Below, in pieces: positions 1-11,517 of a DNA stretch of 64,000 nt. The position numbers and the translations under genes are program-made. Within the stretch, counting starts at the first letter, position 1. Every line of letters begins with the position of its first letter. The notes below the pieces were generated by a model. It worked only from the letters and a program-made list of their open reading frames with translations. It did no database searches and was not told where the DNA came from. The DNA comes from Blastocladiella emersonii ATCC 22665. Its lineage: Eukaryota; Fungi; Blastocladiomycota. Location of the stretch: positions 1,860,001-1,924,000 of the forward strand of contig JANHCV010000001.1 of the NCBI GenBank assembly GCA_025594325.1, given 5' to 3'.

Positions 1-101
1 CGCTGGCCCCGCGAACACGCCGCGCTCACGCTGGTCTCAGCGATGATGGCACGGCGGACCGCCCCACTCCATGCATCTTGAGCCGTGACGGAATCACCAC
101 C

Positions 102-901
102 ATGGGTCAGGTCCTCAGCAGCAGCGGGAAACCCAAGGCGCTGCCGCACGACAAGGCCGTGTTCGAGCTGAAGCGGCAGCGCGACAACCTGCGCAAGTAC
201 CAGGCCCAGCTGTCGCGCATCGTCGACCGCGAGACGGCCATTGCGCGCAAGTGCCTCGCCGCGGGCGACAAGCGCCGCGCGCTGCTCGCCCTGCGCAAGA
301 AAAAGTACCAGGAGCAGCTGCTCGAAAAGTCGGACAAGCAGCTGTGCAACCTCGAGGAGATGGCCGCGTCCATCGAGTACGCGGCGCTCGAGGCCCAGAT
401 CCTGACCGGGCTCGAGCAGGGGAACGCCGCCCTCGCCGAGCTCAACAAGGAGACGTCGCTCGACCGCGTCGACAAGATCATGGAGGAGACGGCCGAGGCC
501 ATGGAGTACCAGCGGGTCCGCGTTCATCTTGTGTTCGCAGTGTCGCCCGTGATGCTGACCTTGACGCCGCCGCTCGTCACAGGAAATCGAGGAGATGCTC
601 GGCACCAAGCTCTCGGAAGAGGACGAGGCCGCCGTCCTCGCCGAGCTCGCCGCCATCGAGACCGAGCAGGCCCTCGACCTCGAGCACGCCATGCCCGCCG
701 TCCCCGTCACGCCGCTCCCCGAAGCCGTCGCGACGACCGAGCCCGAGCAGCCGCAGGTCGAGGCCACGACGGCAGCGGCGCAGAAGCCGGCCAAGGTCGC
801 CGCTGGTCGGCAAAAGAACGAGGGTACGCTTTCTTCGTGGTCTCACCTCGCGCGACGCGATCGATCCTGACGAGCTCCCTGCTTTAGCTATGCCGGCGTA
901 G
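102..901 (+). CDS. VPS20: ESCRT-III subunit Vps20/CHMP6 (Snf7 family)
   Basis: MGQVLSS N-myristoylation-type start; Snf7 helix AVFELKRQRDNLRKYQ...RALLALRKKKYQEQLL. Exons 102-515, 583-823, 888-901 with GT-AG introns and GCTGAC/CCTGAC branch sites. Confidence 0.9.
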
Positions 902-1018
902 CGACAAAACGTGTCGACCAGTCGCCTCGCGACGACGTGACGACGAGATATTGTATGATATACACGCGCAAAACACACACACGGGAGACGGGCACAACGG
1001 CCCAGCGGTAGAGAAACC

Positions 1019-1897
1019 TTAGGCGTGAGTGAAGTTGGGCTTGCGCTTCTCGGCAAAGGCCTTCATGCCCTCCTTCTGGTCCTTGGTGCCGAACGTGGCC
1101 TGGAACAGGCGGCGCTCAAAGTGGAGGCCCTCGGCGAGCGTGAGCTCGTACGACTTGTTGACGGCCTCCTTGGCCATCTGCGACGCCACCTGCGAGTAGT
1201 CGGCAATCTGCTCGCCGAGCTTGACGGCCTCGTCGACGACCGTGTCGGCGGGGAACACCTTGGACACGAGGCCGGCGCGCTCCGCCTCCTCGGCCGACCA
1301 CATGTTACCCGAAAGCACGAGCTCCATGGCCTTGGACTTGCCCACGGCCTTGACGAGGCGCTGGGTGCCGCCGGCGCCCGGGATGGTGCCGAGCTTGATC
1401 TCGGGCTGGCCGAACTTGGCGTTGTCGCCGGCGTAGATGATGTCGCACATCATGGCCAGCTCGCACCCGCCGCCGAGCGCGAACCCCTGCACCGCCGCGA
1501 TGATGGGCTTGCGCACCGTGGTGATCTCGGTCCAGTGGCCCAGGAAGTTGGTCTTGTAGTTAGTCACAAATTCGGTGTCGGCCATCTCCTTGATGTCGGC
1601 GCCCGCCGCAAACGCCTTGTACCCGCCCGTCAGGACGACGGCGCCGACCTTGGGGTCGTTGTCGAGCGCGCGCATCGCGTCGTTGAGCTCGTGGAACAGG
1701 CCCGAGCACAGCGCGTTGAGCGCCTTGGGACGGTGCAGCTGAACGACGCCGACCTTGCCGGAAGCCGAGTACGACACCTTGAGGTACTCCCACTGGCGCG
1801 CGGCCAGGTTCGACTCGGCGCGCACGGGCGTCATGCGGGCAACGCCGCCCGAGGCGCGCACCGAGCGCATGGTGGTCGAGGCGAGGCGCGAGAGCAT
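1019..1897 (-). CDS. ECHS1: Mitochondrial short-chain enoyl-CoA hydratase (crotonase family)
   Basis: Intronless 292 aa; Arg-rich presequence; [24 protein letters not shown] and [20 protein letters not shown] motifs. Confidence 0.95.
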   Translation of the reverse strand: MLSRLASTTMRSVRASGGVARMTPVRAESNLAARQWEYLKVSYSASGKVGVVQLHRPKALNALCSGLFHELNDAMRALDNDPKVGAVVLTGGYKAFAAGADIKEMADTEFVTNYKTNFLGHWTEITTVRKPIIAAVQGFALGGGCELAMMCDIIYAGDNAKFGQPEIKLGTIPGAGGTQRLVKAVGKSKAMELVLSGNMWSAEEAERAGLVSKVFPADTVVDEAVKLGEQIADYSQVASQMAKEAVNKSYELTLAEGLHFERRLFQATFGTKDQKEGMKAFAEKRKPNFTHA

Positions 1898-2318
1898 CTT
1901 GAGACTTGGTAGCAGTGGTCGATCCGTCGCAGATGAAGGTCGTCTGAGGAGAGCGGGGACCGACGAGCGAAGGCCGCGCGTATTTGTACGCGTTCTCGGC
2001 GCCGATCCCGGGCGTGACCGACGGCGGGCGAGTGGCCGCTCCGCGAGTTGGGGACGCTAACGCCACTCACGAGACCGTGCAGCCGACCCGGCGACCTGAA
2101 AGAGGAAGGCGGCGACGACCTTCACGAGGAGCCGCGTGAGCAAGAGCCAGCGATCGCGCGCGCGTCTCCGAGGTCGCCGCGCCGCGCCGCCACGCTCCGA
2201 ACCGCGCGCTGCGCCCACCCCCCCGCTCCTCTCGGCCGCCACCACCCAAGGGACTTGCATTCCCTCCTCACTTGCTGCAACGTAACAACGCCGCCGCGCG
2301 TGCCCGCCTCGCTCCGCC

Positions 2319-3039
2319 ATGCGCCACACGACCGTCGCCGCCCTGGCCCTGGTGGTCCTGGCCTGCGTCCTGGCCCGCGTCCAGGCGCTGCACTTCTTCC
2401 TCGAGAACGGCAAGCCGCGGTGCTTCCTCGAGGAGCTGCCACAAGACACGGTCGTCATGGGCGTGTACCGCGCCGAGGAGTGGTCCAACCCGACCCAGGA
2501 GTACATTGAGAACCTGGCGCTCGGCCTGCACATCACCGTCGAGCACACGGCCACGGGCAAGATCCCCATCGACAAGAAGGCGCCCTCGTTCGGCAAATTC
2601 ATGTTCACCGCCGGCGAGGGCGGCGAGCACCAGATCTGCATGTCCACCAACACCTCGGCCTGGTTCGCCGCGTCCAAGGTCCGCCTGCACCTCGACATGA
2701 TCATCGGCGACGCTGCCGAGCACGAGGTTGATCCCGACGAGAAGGTGTCTGGTACGCACGCATGCTCTCTCCCGCTGCGCCGACGCACGCGCCACTAACG
2801 CGCATACTCCCGCACCAGACGTCATCATCCGCGTCCGCGACCTCGTCCACCGCGCCGTCGACATCCGCCGCGAGCAGCAGTACCAGCGCGAGCAGGAGAT
2901 CAAGTTCCGCGACTTCTCCGAAATGGTCAACTCGCGCGTCGTGTCGTGGTCCATTGTGCAGCTGTGCGTCCTCGGCCTCACCTGCGCATGGCAGCTGCGC
3001 CACCTCCGCTCCTTCTTCATGGCCAAGAAGCTCGTCTAG
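2319..3039 (+). CDS. ERP1: p24/emp24/gp25L family cargo receptor, alpha type
   Basis: Signal peptide, GOLD domain (CFLEELP...HQIC), coiled coil, TM segment, C-terminal FFMAKKLV. Exons 2319-2751 and 2819-3039. Confidence 0.9.
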
Positions 3040-3220
3040 TCTCCCCCTCAACGACAATACATGTCCCCTTCCCTCATGAACAGCGCGTCGCGACGAGAGG
3101 CTGATGTCGCCATGACATCACGGAGCGCTTGCACAACCGAAACACGCCCTGCAAAGTGGCGCAGCGCAGCCGGATGCAAACCTGCGGACGCAGGACGTTC
3201 GCACGCTGGCCGTCGGCTGC

Positions 3221-3226
3221 TATAAA
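3221..3226 (+). promoter_or_regulatory. Putative TATA box upstream of DGA1
   Basis: TATAAA in GC-rich context about 150 nt before the DGA1 ATG. Confidence 0.4.
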
Positions 3227-3368
3227 GTCCGGCCTTCCCCGCTCCCCGCTCCGCCTGCTCGGACCACATGCACCTCCATGAACCTTTGCCGCTCTAGAGC
3301 CTAAAACGCACCGAAACCCATCAATCAACCAACAAACCGCGACCGCCCGTCTCCTCCCCGCCTCAACC

Positions 3369-4575
3369 ATGCACATTGAGTTCGCACCACTCAACATCCC
3401 GCGCGAGCGCCGAATCCAGACGGCTGCGACCATCGTCTGGATGTCGCTGCTGCCCGCGTCGATCCTCCTCATGCTGGCGCTGCTGGCCATCCCGGCCACG
3501 CGCTTCGTCGCCATCGCCTACATCATCTGGGTGCTGTACTGGGACACGGCGCCGGAGACGGGCGGTCGCAAGATCGATTTCGTCCGCCGCCTGCCGCTCT
3601 GGCGGTGGATGCGCGACTACTTCCCCATTGAGCTCAAGAAGGAGGCGGAGCTCGATCCGTCGCGGAACTACCTCATGGGCTACCACGTACGCCGCTGATG
3701 CGCGGGCCCTCGCGTGCACGCGATTCTGATGTGTATCGACCGTGTAGCCGCACGGCGTCGTGAGTCTCGGCGCGTGGATCAACCTCGCGTCCGAGGCGAC
3801 GCACTGGAGCGACGTGTTCCCCGGCATCAACCTCCGCCTGCTCACACTCGTCAGCAACTTCAACATCTTCCTGTTCCGCGACATCATCCTCGCCCTCGGC
3901 GTCGCCGGCGTGTCGCGCCGGTCCATCGAGAACATCTTCGCGCACGGGCCCGGCCACAGCGCCGCCATCGTCGTTGGCGGCGCGCAGGAGTGCCTGTACG
4001 CCAAGCCCGGCACCTTCGACCTCGTGCTCGCCAAGCGCCTCGGGTTCATCAAGGTCGCCATCGTCAACCGGTACGTGCGTAATTCTGCGAGCGGCGCCGC
4101 CGTGGTGATGCAGGGCACTGACCATCGCGTGCCCTCCTCCGCTCGAAATTGCTCCGATCCTCCGCTTCCACCGCCGCCGTGTAGCGCCGTGCTCGTGCCG
4201 ATCCTGTCGTTTGGTGAGAACGAGGCGTTCACGCTGCTGGTGACCAACCCGGACTCGCTCGGGTGGCGCGTCCAGATGTGGTGCAAGTCGGTGTGGGGGT
4301 GGACGATGCCGGCCTTCATGGGCCGCGGCGTCTTCAACTACACGCTCGGCGTGCTGCCGTTCCGCCAGCGCATCGTGACGGTCGTGTGCAAACCCGTCGA
4401 CCCCGAAGAGGTCGTTGGCCACGCGATCGACCCCGCAGCGCTGTCTAACGACGAGCTCGCCGAGGTTGTCCGGAAGGTGCACGCGGCGTACGTCGCGCGG
4501 CTCGTTGAGACGTGGGACAAGTACAAGGACGAGTACTGCCCGAACCGTATCAAGGAGCTCGAGCTCGTCGAGTAA
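3369..4575 (+). CDS. DGA1: Diacylglycerol O-acyltransferase, DGAT2/MOGAT family
   Basis: FAPLNIPRERRIQT, YFP, spliced YH|PHG, RLGFIKVA and LVPILSFGENE motifs. Exons 3369-3686, 3748-4070, 4185-4575. Confidence 0.92.
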
Positions 4576-4989
4576 CGCGACCCGAAGAACGAGAACAAAA
4601 AGTGTACAGAAAGAACGAGAACGACGCGTGTGCGGCCCCGCCTCGTCCCGCTGCGACGAGCGCGACGCCGCCGCGCGAGATATCTTCTAGGAATGGCGCT
4701 CCCACACCGTTCAACATAATAATATAACGCTAAACTACCTGATATAACTTATCTGATGCCAGCCGTGATGTCTGCTGTGATCCGCAGCCGCTCACGTGAA
4801 TTGGAAACTCAGTTTTTGCTCTGCGGTGCTGCCTGCCCTGTCCGTTGACCGACCTTTCGAGCTCGCCTCGCTTCTTCTCCCCTTGCTCGCAACCTTTGCA
4901 CCCACGAAGCTTCTAGAGGCGCCGGCTATCGGCCCCGTCCACTTTTCGCAACACGCTAGCACAGCCGCATATTGCTACCACCCAGCACC

Positions 4990-6820
4990 ATGTCAGCCGG
5001 ACCCATCCAGGACTGCGAGGTGGTCTACGCCTTCGCTCCTGCGTTGAGCAAGGACCTGCTCAACGGCAACTGCTGCGGCGACCTCTCGCACGTCACCTGC
5101 CAGAACAACCGCGTAACCGAGATGTACTACTATGCCGCTTGACGTGTGCGGGACCCTTGCTCATGCGAGCGAGATGCGTCGTCTAGTCGCGTCAACAACA
5201 TGAACCTCGGCCGCGGGATTCCCAATATCATCAGCCGACTGGACCAGCTGCGCTCCCTGTACGGGCTTCTCTGAGCTGCATGCGCGATAGCGCTCGATGA
5301 CTGACGGCGCACTATCGCTGCCCGCGTAGTAACGCCTCGAGCGCAGGCCTCACGGACCGCGTCCCTGACGAGATTGGCACGCTCGCGAACCTCGAGGTGC
5401 TGGACCTCTCGGGGAACCCGAAGCTGTCCGGCTCGCTGCCGTCGCGGACGCGCGGCATGGCCAAGCTGCAGACGCTGTACGCCCCGCTCCCGTGCACCGC
5501 AGAGCGCTCTCCCGTTCGCTGCGAGCTGACTCTCGCGCGACCACCGTGTAGCGACCTGCGCGACACGGGCCTCAACGGTGCCCTGCCCGAGCTCCCGCTG
5601 CCGTGCGTTTCCGCTCGCGACGCGGCGTATTGTGTCCGAATCGCTCACCCGCCGCCGCGTGTAGCCTGCGCACCTGCCGGTTGCCGAAAAAGTCGCAGTT
5701 CCGGTGCTACACCTTCTCGCCGAGCACGGGCCGGTGCACCTTCTCGGACTCGACCGACTTTGTCGGCATGGGCGTGTGCTCGGACCCGTTCACGGGCGCG
5801 ACGCCGCCCGTCGTGATCACCGAGCCCGCACCGTCGTCGTCCTCCTCCTCGCTCATGGGCGTGCTCATCCCCGTCATGATCATCGGCGTCGCGGCGACGC
5901 TCGCGACCGTATGGTGGACGCGCCGGCGCCGCGTCAAGTACTCGAAGCTGCGCGAGGCGGGCATGGGTCTGGGCGGCGGCGCGCAGGTGCCGCTGCAGGA
6001 CGTGGGCCGGTTCCGCACGCTCAAGCTGCAGCTGGACCTGTCTGGGTGCCTCGTGTTCAACCTCGCCATCGACCACCTCAACCCGAACGCGGCGGGCCAG
6101 TACCACACCATGACGACAAGCGACGGCGCCGACAGCTACGTGTCGCCCGCGGTCGTCGTCGACCACTGGCAGGAGCTGTTCGTGTCGTGCTCGTCCTACG
6201 CGACGCGGTGGCTCGAGGCCCACGACCCGGCGGTCGCCGCGCACCTGTGGGAGCTCGCGACGGGGACGCCCGCGGCCAGCCAGGTGTACCAGTCGTCGTT
6301 CGCGTCGAGCGCAGCGCTCACGCACCTGATCGGCGCTGCCGTCGTCGACTTTTTGCAGCGGTTTATCGGCAGCGAGCTGTACGGCGTGCTCGGGCTCAGC
6401 CCGGCCGAGACGTCGGGACAGACCTTCTTTGCCGAGCTGTGCAGCGCCGTGATGCGGGCGTCGGTGACGTCGGGCGACTCGGCGTTCGCGACGTACCTCG
6501 ACGACAAGCTTGAGGAGTGCAACGCGCGGCTGCGGTCGCGCACGGCGCTCGACGTCAACGTGCAGAAGCTCCTCCAGCAGGCGCTCGAGCGCATGGTCAA
6601 CATCAAGATGCACAAGCCGCACGCGGCGCTCGTCCAGGTCCAGACCAACGCGGCGCTCGTCGAGGCCGTCATGAACGCCGACATGTCGACGGCGATCCTC
6701 AGCGGCGACGCGGCCAAGGGACGCACCTCGCAGGTCGCCTTCTGCGTGTTCCCCGGCATCCTCGACGCATCGACCAACTCGGTCCTCGAGCGCGCGCGCG
6801 TCTGGCTCGCCGAGCAGTAG
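4990..6820 (+). CDS. LRR-transmembrane receptor-like protein with a non-kinase cytoplasmic domain
   Basis: Exons 4990-5123, 5187-5258, 5330-5476, 5552-5602, 5665-6820. Cys cap (NCC...VTCQNNRVTEI), plant-type LRRs (LEVLDLSGNPKLSGSLP), single TM (LMGVLIPVMIIGVAATLATVWW) followed by RRRR. The start codon is uncertain. Confidence 0.75.
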
Positions 6821-6996
6821 CACCGCGGGCTGCCGTGGCTCGCCATCATCTTCCTCCGTTTGCTCATTGTGTGGACCTATTTACTATCAATCATAGCACA
6901 TTTTCGCCCACTCATCGTGCAGGCCCCGAGGAGGCAAGGACAACAGCTCGTTGACGCAGGCCAGCGTCCCCGCTCTCCCCGCACACTGACTTCACC

Positions 6997-7275
6997 ATGC
7001 CCATCACATCCCCACTGATCGACAGCCCGGCCCGCGCAGATGGTGCAACGGGCGGCGCGGGCGCGCCGCTCCGCCGCCCGCGGTCCTCGTTCTGGTACTC
7101 GTACAGCCGGCCGGCCATCCGCATCTTCACCGTGGCCGTGGCGACGACCGTCACGCTGCACCTCGTCCACGAGAAGCTGCTCCTGGCCGACGTCCGGCGC
7201 CGGCTCGAGGCCGAGGCCGCGCAGCTCCGCACCCGCATTGACGAGGAGCGGCGAGCGGCGGTTGCGCGGGAGTAG
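6997..7275 (+). CDS. Small single-TM coiled-coil protein, Ina17-like (mitochondrial INA complex)
   Basis: 92 aa; FWYSYSRPAIRIFTVAVATTVTLHLVHEKL followed by a coiled coil resembles the fungal Ina17 pattern. No obvious presequence. Confidence 0.5.
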   Translation: MPITSPLIDSPARADGATGGAGAPLRRPRSSFWYSYSRPAIRIFTVAVATTVTLHLVHEKLLLADVRRRLEAEAAQLRTRIDEERRAAVARE

Positions 7276-7576
7276 ATGGAGTGTTTGCTGAGGGTACGGT
7301 GCCGGTGGTGGCTCTGCTCATGGGCGTCGTGGTCTCGGCGGCGGCTCGCTTCTCTCCTCCCTTCGACCTGCGCCGCCTCGACACGAGGATCAACGCGTCT
7401 CCCTGCAATGTATACTCTCATGAATGACGCGCCGCGGGGATAGGCTCCCTGCTTGCGTGCCGTGGGCGCGGGCGCACGACTCTTCGTGGCGGCGCGGAGG
7501 CTCGCCGCCGGCCGAGGCAGGATGGACCATGGCTTACCCTGGTCGTTGTACTCGCCACGTAGCTCGCTCCGCCATC

Positions 7577-7976
7577 ATGTTCGGCCTGGGGAGCATCTTC
7601 TACTTCACGCTGCTCATGGTGAACGCCATTGCGATCCTCCACGAGGAGCGGTTCCTGGCGCGGAGTACGTGTGCCGCCGCCCTCTACGCGCGCGGTTAGG
7701 CCATGACACTGACGACGCTACCCGTCTCTAGTCGGATGGGGACAGCAGTCCGTGTACGCCGGCGACTACGGGCACCCGGGCGCGGCGGACCCAACGAGCG
7801 TCAAGTTCAAGCTGATCGGGCTCATCTCGGCCGTCCGCACGCTGCTCCGGAGTACGTCCTCTACGTTCCTCGCGACGACCGTGTCCAGATCACTAACGAC
7901 GAGGCCCGGCGCGCATCTAGTTCCGCTCATCGCCGTGAACACGATCACGATCCTGTACCTCATGGTCCTCGGCTAG
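7577..7976 (+). CDS. YOS1: Yos1/IER3IP1 ER-Golgi transport protein
   Basis: LLMVNAIAILHEERFLAR|IGW...LISAVRTLLR|IPLIAVN. Exons 7577-7664, 7732-7851, 7921-7976. Confidence 0.92.
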
Positions 7977-8254
7977 CCTCCTCTCCCTCTGTCTCTCATT
8001 TTTCCTGTCATTCGCCCGCGTGCGTGTACATAAACGCTACTACCCACCATTCTCTACGCCTCGGCAGGCCATCGCGTCAGGATATGGGAGGTCAAGCGTC
8101 AGGTGATGCTGCAGTGTTGACGCGCCCCGGCCTCGGGCCGTTCCTCGGTCATCCTTGCCGCGCGCTCTCCTCCCCTCTCTCCCCGCAATCACAACAATCC
8201 CCTCTTTGCAACGTAATCCAACGCCATCAAGCCGCTGCATTCTTCAGCGCTACC

Positions 8255-11200
8255 ATGCTCAACCTCCGCCGCGTCCCCGCCTCGGCGCTTGTGCGTCGCG
8301 GTCTCGCGCGGTCCTTGGCCACGGCCGCGACCACGACCTCATCGTCGTCGCTCCGCCCGGGCGACGCGCTGCACGGCTTCAACGTCCAGCGCACCATCAG
8401 CGTGCCCGAGCTCCAGATCGACGTCACGGAGCTCGCGCACGCCGCGACCGGCGCAAAGTACACGCACTTTGCGCGGAACGACTCGAACAATGTCTTTGCG
8501 TATGTCGTGTTTCCCTGTCGTCGGCGTGTTGTACCGAGTCCCTGACAGCCCGCACGAACGCGTAGGGTCGGTTTCCGCACGCCCGTCAGCGACAGCACGG
8601 GCGTGCCGCACATTCTCGAGCACTCGACGCTGTGCGGGTCGGAGCGGTACCCGGTGCGCGACCCGTTCTTCAAGATGCTGCAGCGGTCGCTGTCGACGTA
8701 CATGAACGCGTGGACGGCCGAGGACTACACGCTGTACCCGTTCTCGACGCAGAACGCGACCGACTACCGCAACCTGATGAGCGTCTACATGGACGCCGTG
8801 TTCCAGCCCAAGCTCGACCGCATGGACTTCATGCAGGAGGGGTGGCGCCTCGAGCACCGCGACACGGCCGACCCGGCCTCGCCCATCGAGTTCAAGGGCG
8901 TCGTCTACAACGAGATGAAGGGCATGATGGCCTCCATCCACTACCACTTCTACCAGGCCCTCCACCGCCACCTGTTCGAGGGATCCGTCTACGCGCCCAA
9001 CTCGGGCGGCGACCCGCGCAACATCACCGACCTGACCTGGGAACAGCTCCGCAACTTCCACCGCACCTACTACAGTCCCGCCAACGCACGCTTCTTCTCG
9101 TACGGCAACTTTGACCTCGCCGGCACCCTCGCCTACGTCAACGAGACGCTCGCCGCCCTGCCCAAGGACAAGATCGGCACCCCGCTTGATGCCGCCAAGA
9201 TTGCCGATCTGCCGAACATCACGCAGCCCAAGGTCGTGCACGAGACGTGTGCCTTTGACCCCAGTACGTCTCTCGATCGTACCACTTCCTGACCGATCCG
9301 CTAACGCAAGCGACACACGCGTAGTGGGCGACCCGGCCAAGCAGACGCGCTTCTGCGTCTCGTACGGGTGCTGCGACGTGCGCGACGTGTACACGAGCTC
9401 GGCGCTGGGCATCCTGTCCAAGCTGCTCATGGACGGCAGCTCGTCGCCGATGCAGCAGGCGCTCATCGACTCGGGGCTCGCGCCCGACTACTCGCCCGTG
9501 AGCGGGTACGACGGGTCGACGCGCAAGTCGTCCTTCACCATCGGCGTGCAGGGGATCAGCAGCGACCAGATCACGGCCGTCGAGCAGGCGATCGCCACGG
9601 TCCTCGCGTCCGTCGCCCGCGACGGGTTCCCCGCCGAGCGCGTCGACGCCGTCATCCACCAGATGGAGCTCGGCGTGCGCCACGTCACGTCCGACTTTGG
9701 CATGAACCTCCTGACCAACGTGTCGTCGGGCCTGTTCCAGGGCGTCGACACGGCGGCCGCGCTCGAGATCACCAAGACGCTGGCCCGGCTGCGCGAGGAC
9801 GCGCGAAACGGCTTGTTTCAGCGCCTCGTCCAGACGTACCTTCTCAACAACAACCACCGCGTCACCCTGACCATGTCGCCCGACGAGGCGTACCCGGCGT
9901 CGCTCGCGGCCGAGGAGACGGCGCGGCTCGCGCGCCACGTCGACGCGCTGACCGCCGCCGACCGCAAGCGGATCCTCGACGAGGGCATCGCGCTCGCCAA
10001 GGCCCAGGACTCCAAGTCGGACGTGTCGGTGCTCCCGTGCCTGACGCTCGACGAGGTGCCGCACGCGACGCCGTACCACCCGATCGAGACCACGGCCGCG
10101 CCCGCGGTCGGGACCGTCGTCACGCGCCAGGCCGACACCAACGGGATCACGTACCTGCGCGCGTCCGCGGACCTGTCGGCTCTGCCCGAGGACCTCCTCC
10201 CGTACCTGCCCCTGTTCGCGTCGGCGCTGACGTGGCAGGGCACCCACGCCAAGCCCATGGAGGTGCTCGACCAGGAGCTGCGCCTGTACACGGGCGGGAT
10301 CGGGATGGCGCCGCAGGTGGTCTCGTCGCTCGACGGTACCGACGCGCACCGCGTCCGGTTCGGCGTGTCGGGCAACGCGCTCAACAAGAACCTCGACCGC
10401 CTCAGCCAGCTCATGGCCGAGCTCACGTTCGAGTCCAAGCTCGACCGCACCGACCGCCTCCGCACGCTCGTCGCGGGGAAGCTCAGCAGTATGTCCAACT
10501 CGCTCGCCATGCAGGGCCACTCGTACGCTATGACGCTCGCGGCGTCGCAGCTGGTCGCTTCCCGGGTACGTTTGACTTGCGATACGCTGATGGGCTGCAG
10601 ACCGACGCGTTTATGGACCTAGGCGCTGTCCGAGAAGTGGAGCGGCATTTCGCAGCTCCAGCTGCTCAACGAGATCGCCAAGGGCGACATCGAGTCGGTG
10701 GTGCCCAAGCTCGAGGCGATCCTCGACCACGTCAAGCGCGCGCAGACCAAGTACATGGTGGTCGCGCAGCCCACGACCGTCGCGCAGGCCATCGAGTCGC
10801 TCGCGCCCATGGCCTCGGCCAAGCTCGCCACCACCCAGGCCGACACCGCCGCCACCACCGCCAACGCATGGTCCGCGACGTCCGGCACGCGCACCTTCGT
10901 CCCCGCGCCGTTCCCCGTCAACTACTGCGCCATGGCGCTTCCGACGGTGCCCTTCGCGAGCGCGCGCGACAGCATGGCGCTGACGGTCGCCGGCACGCTG
11001 GCGACGCACCGGTTCCTCCACCGCGAGATCCGCGAGAAGGGCGGCGCGTACGGCGGCGGCGCCTCGCACAGCGCCATGGACGGGACCTTCCTGCTGTACA
11101 GCTACCGCGACCCACGGTCGCTCGCGACCGTCGACGACTTTGACCGGGCCCTCGCGTGGCTCGCGCAGGGCGGCGGCGCCATCACCGCCCAGGACATGCT

Positions 11201-11471
11201 CGAGGCCAAGCTCGGCATCTTCTCGTCCATGGACGCGCCCGTCGACGTCGGGTCCCAGGGCGCCGTCGAGTTCTCGCACGGCGTGTCCCGCGAGCTCCGC
11301 CAGGCCCGCCGCGACGCGCTGTTCGCTGTCACGGTTGACGATATCGCGCGCGTCGCGCGCGAAATCCTCGTTGCTGGGTCGCCCAACGCCGCGCGCGTCG
11401 TCGTGGGGAACGCCGAGGCGACCAAGGACATGGAGAAGGCCGGGTGGACGGTCAAGGCGCTCGATGTTTAA
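8255..11471 (+). CDS. CYM1: Mitochondrial presequence protease (M16C, PreP/Cym1)
   Basis: Presequence; inverted zinc motif HILEH in STGVPHILEHSTLCGS; YMNAWT, EMKG and IREKGGAYG motifs. Introns 8500-8565, 9264-9324, 10566-10622. Confidence 0.95.
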
Positions 11472-11517
11472 GGTTATTTAGAGTGGAACGCATTGTATCT
11501 CTACCATGTAGCTGCTA

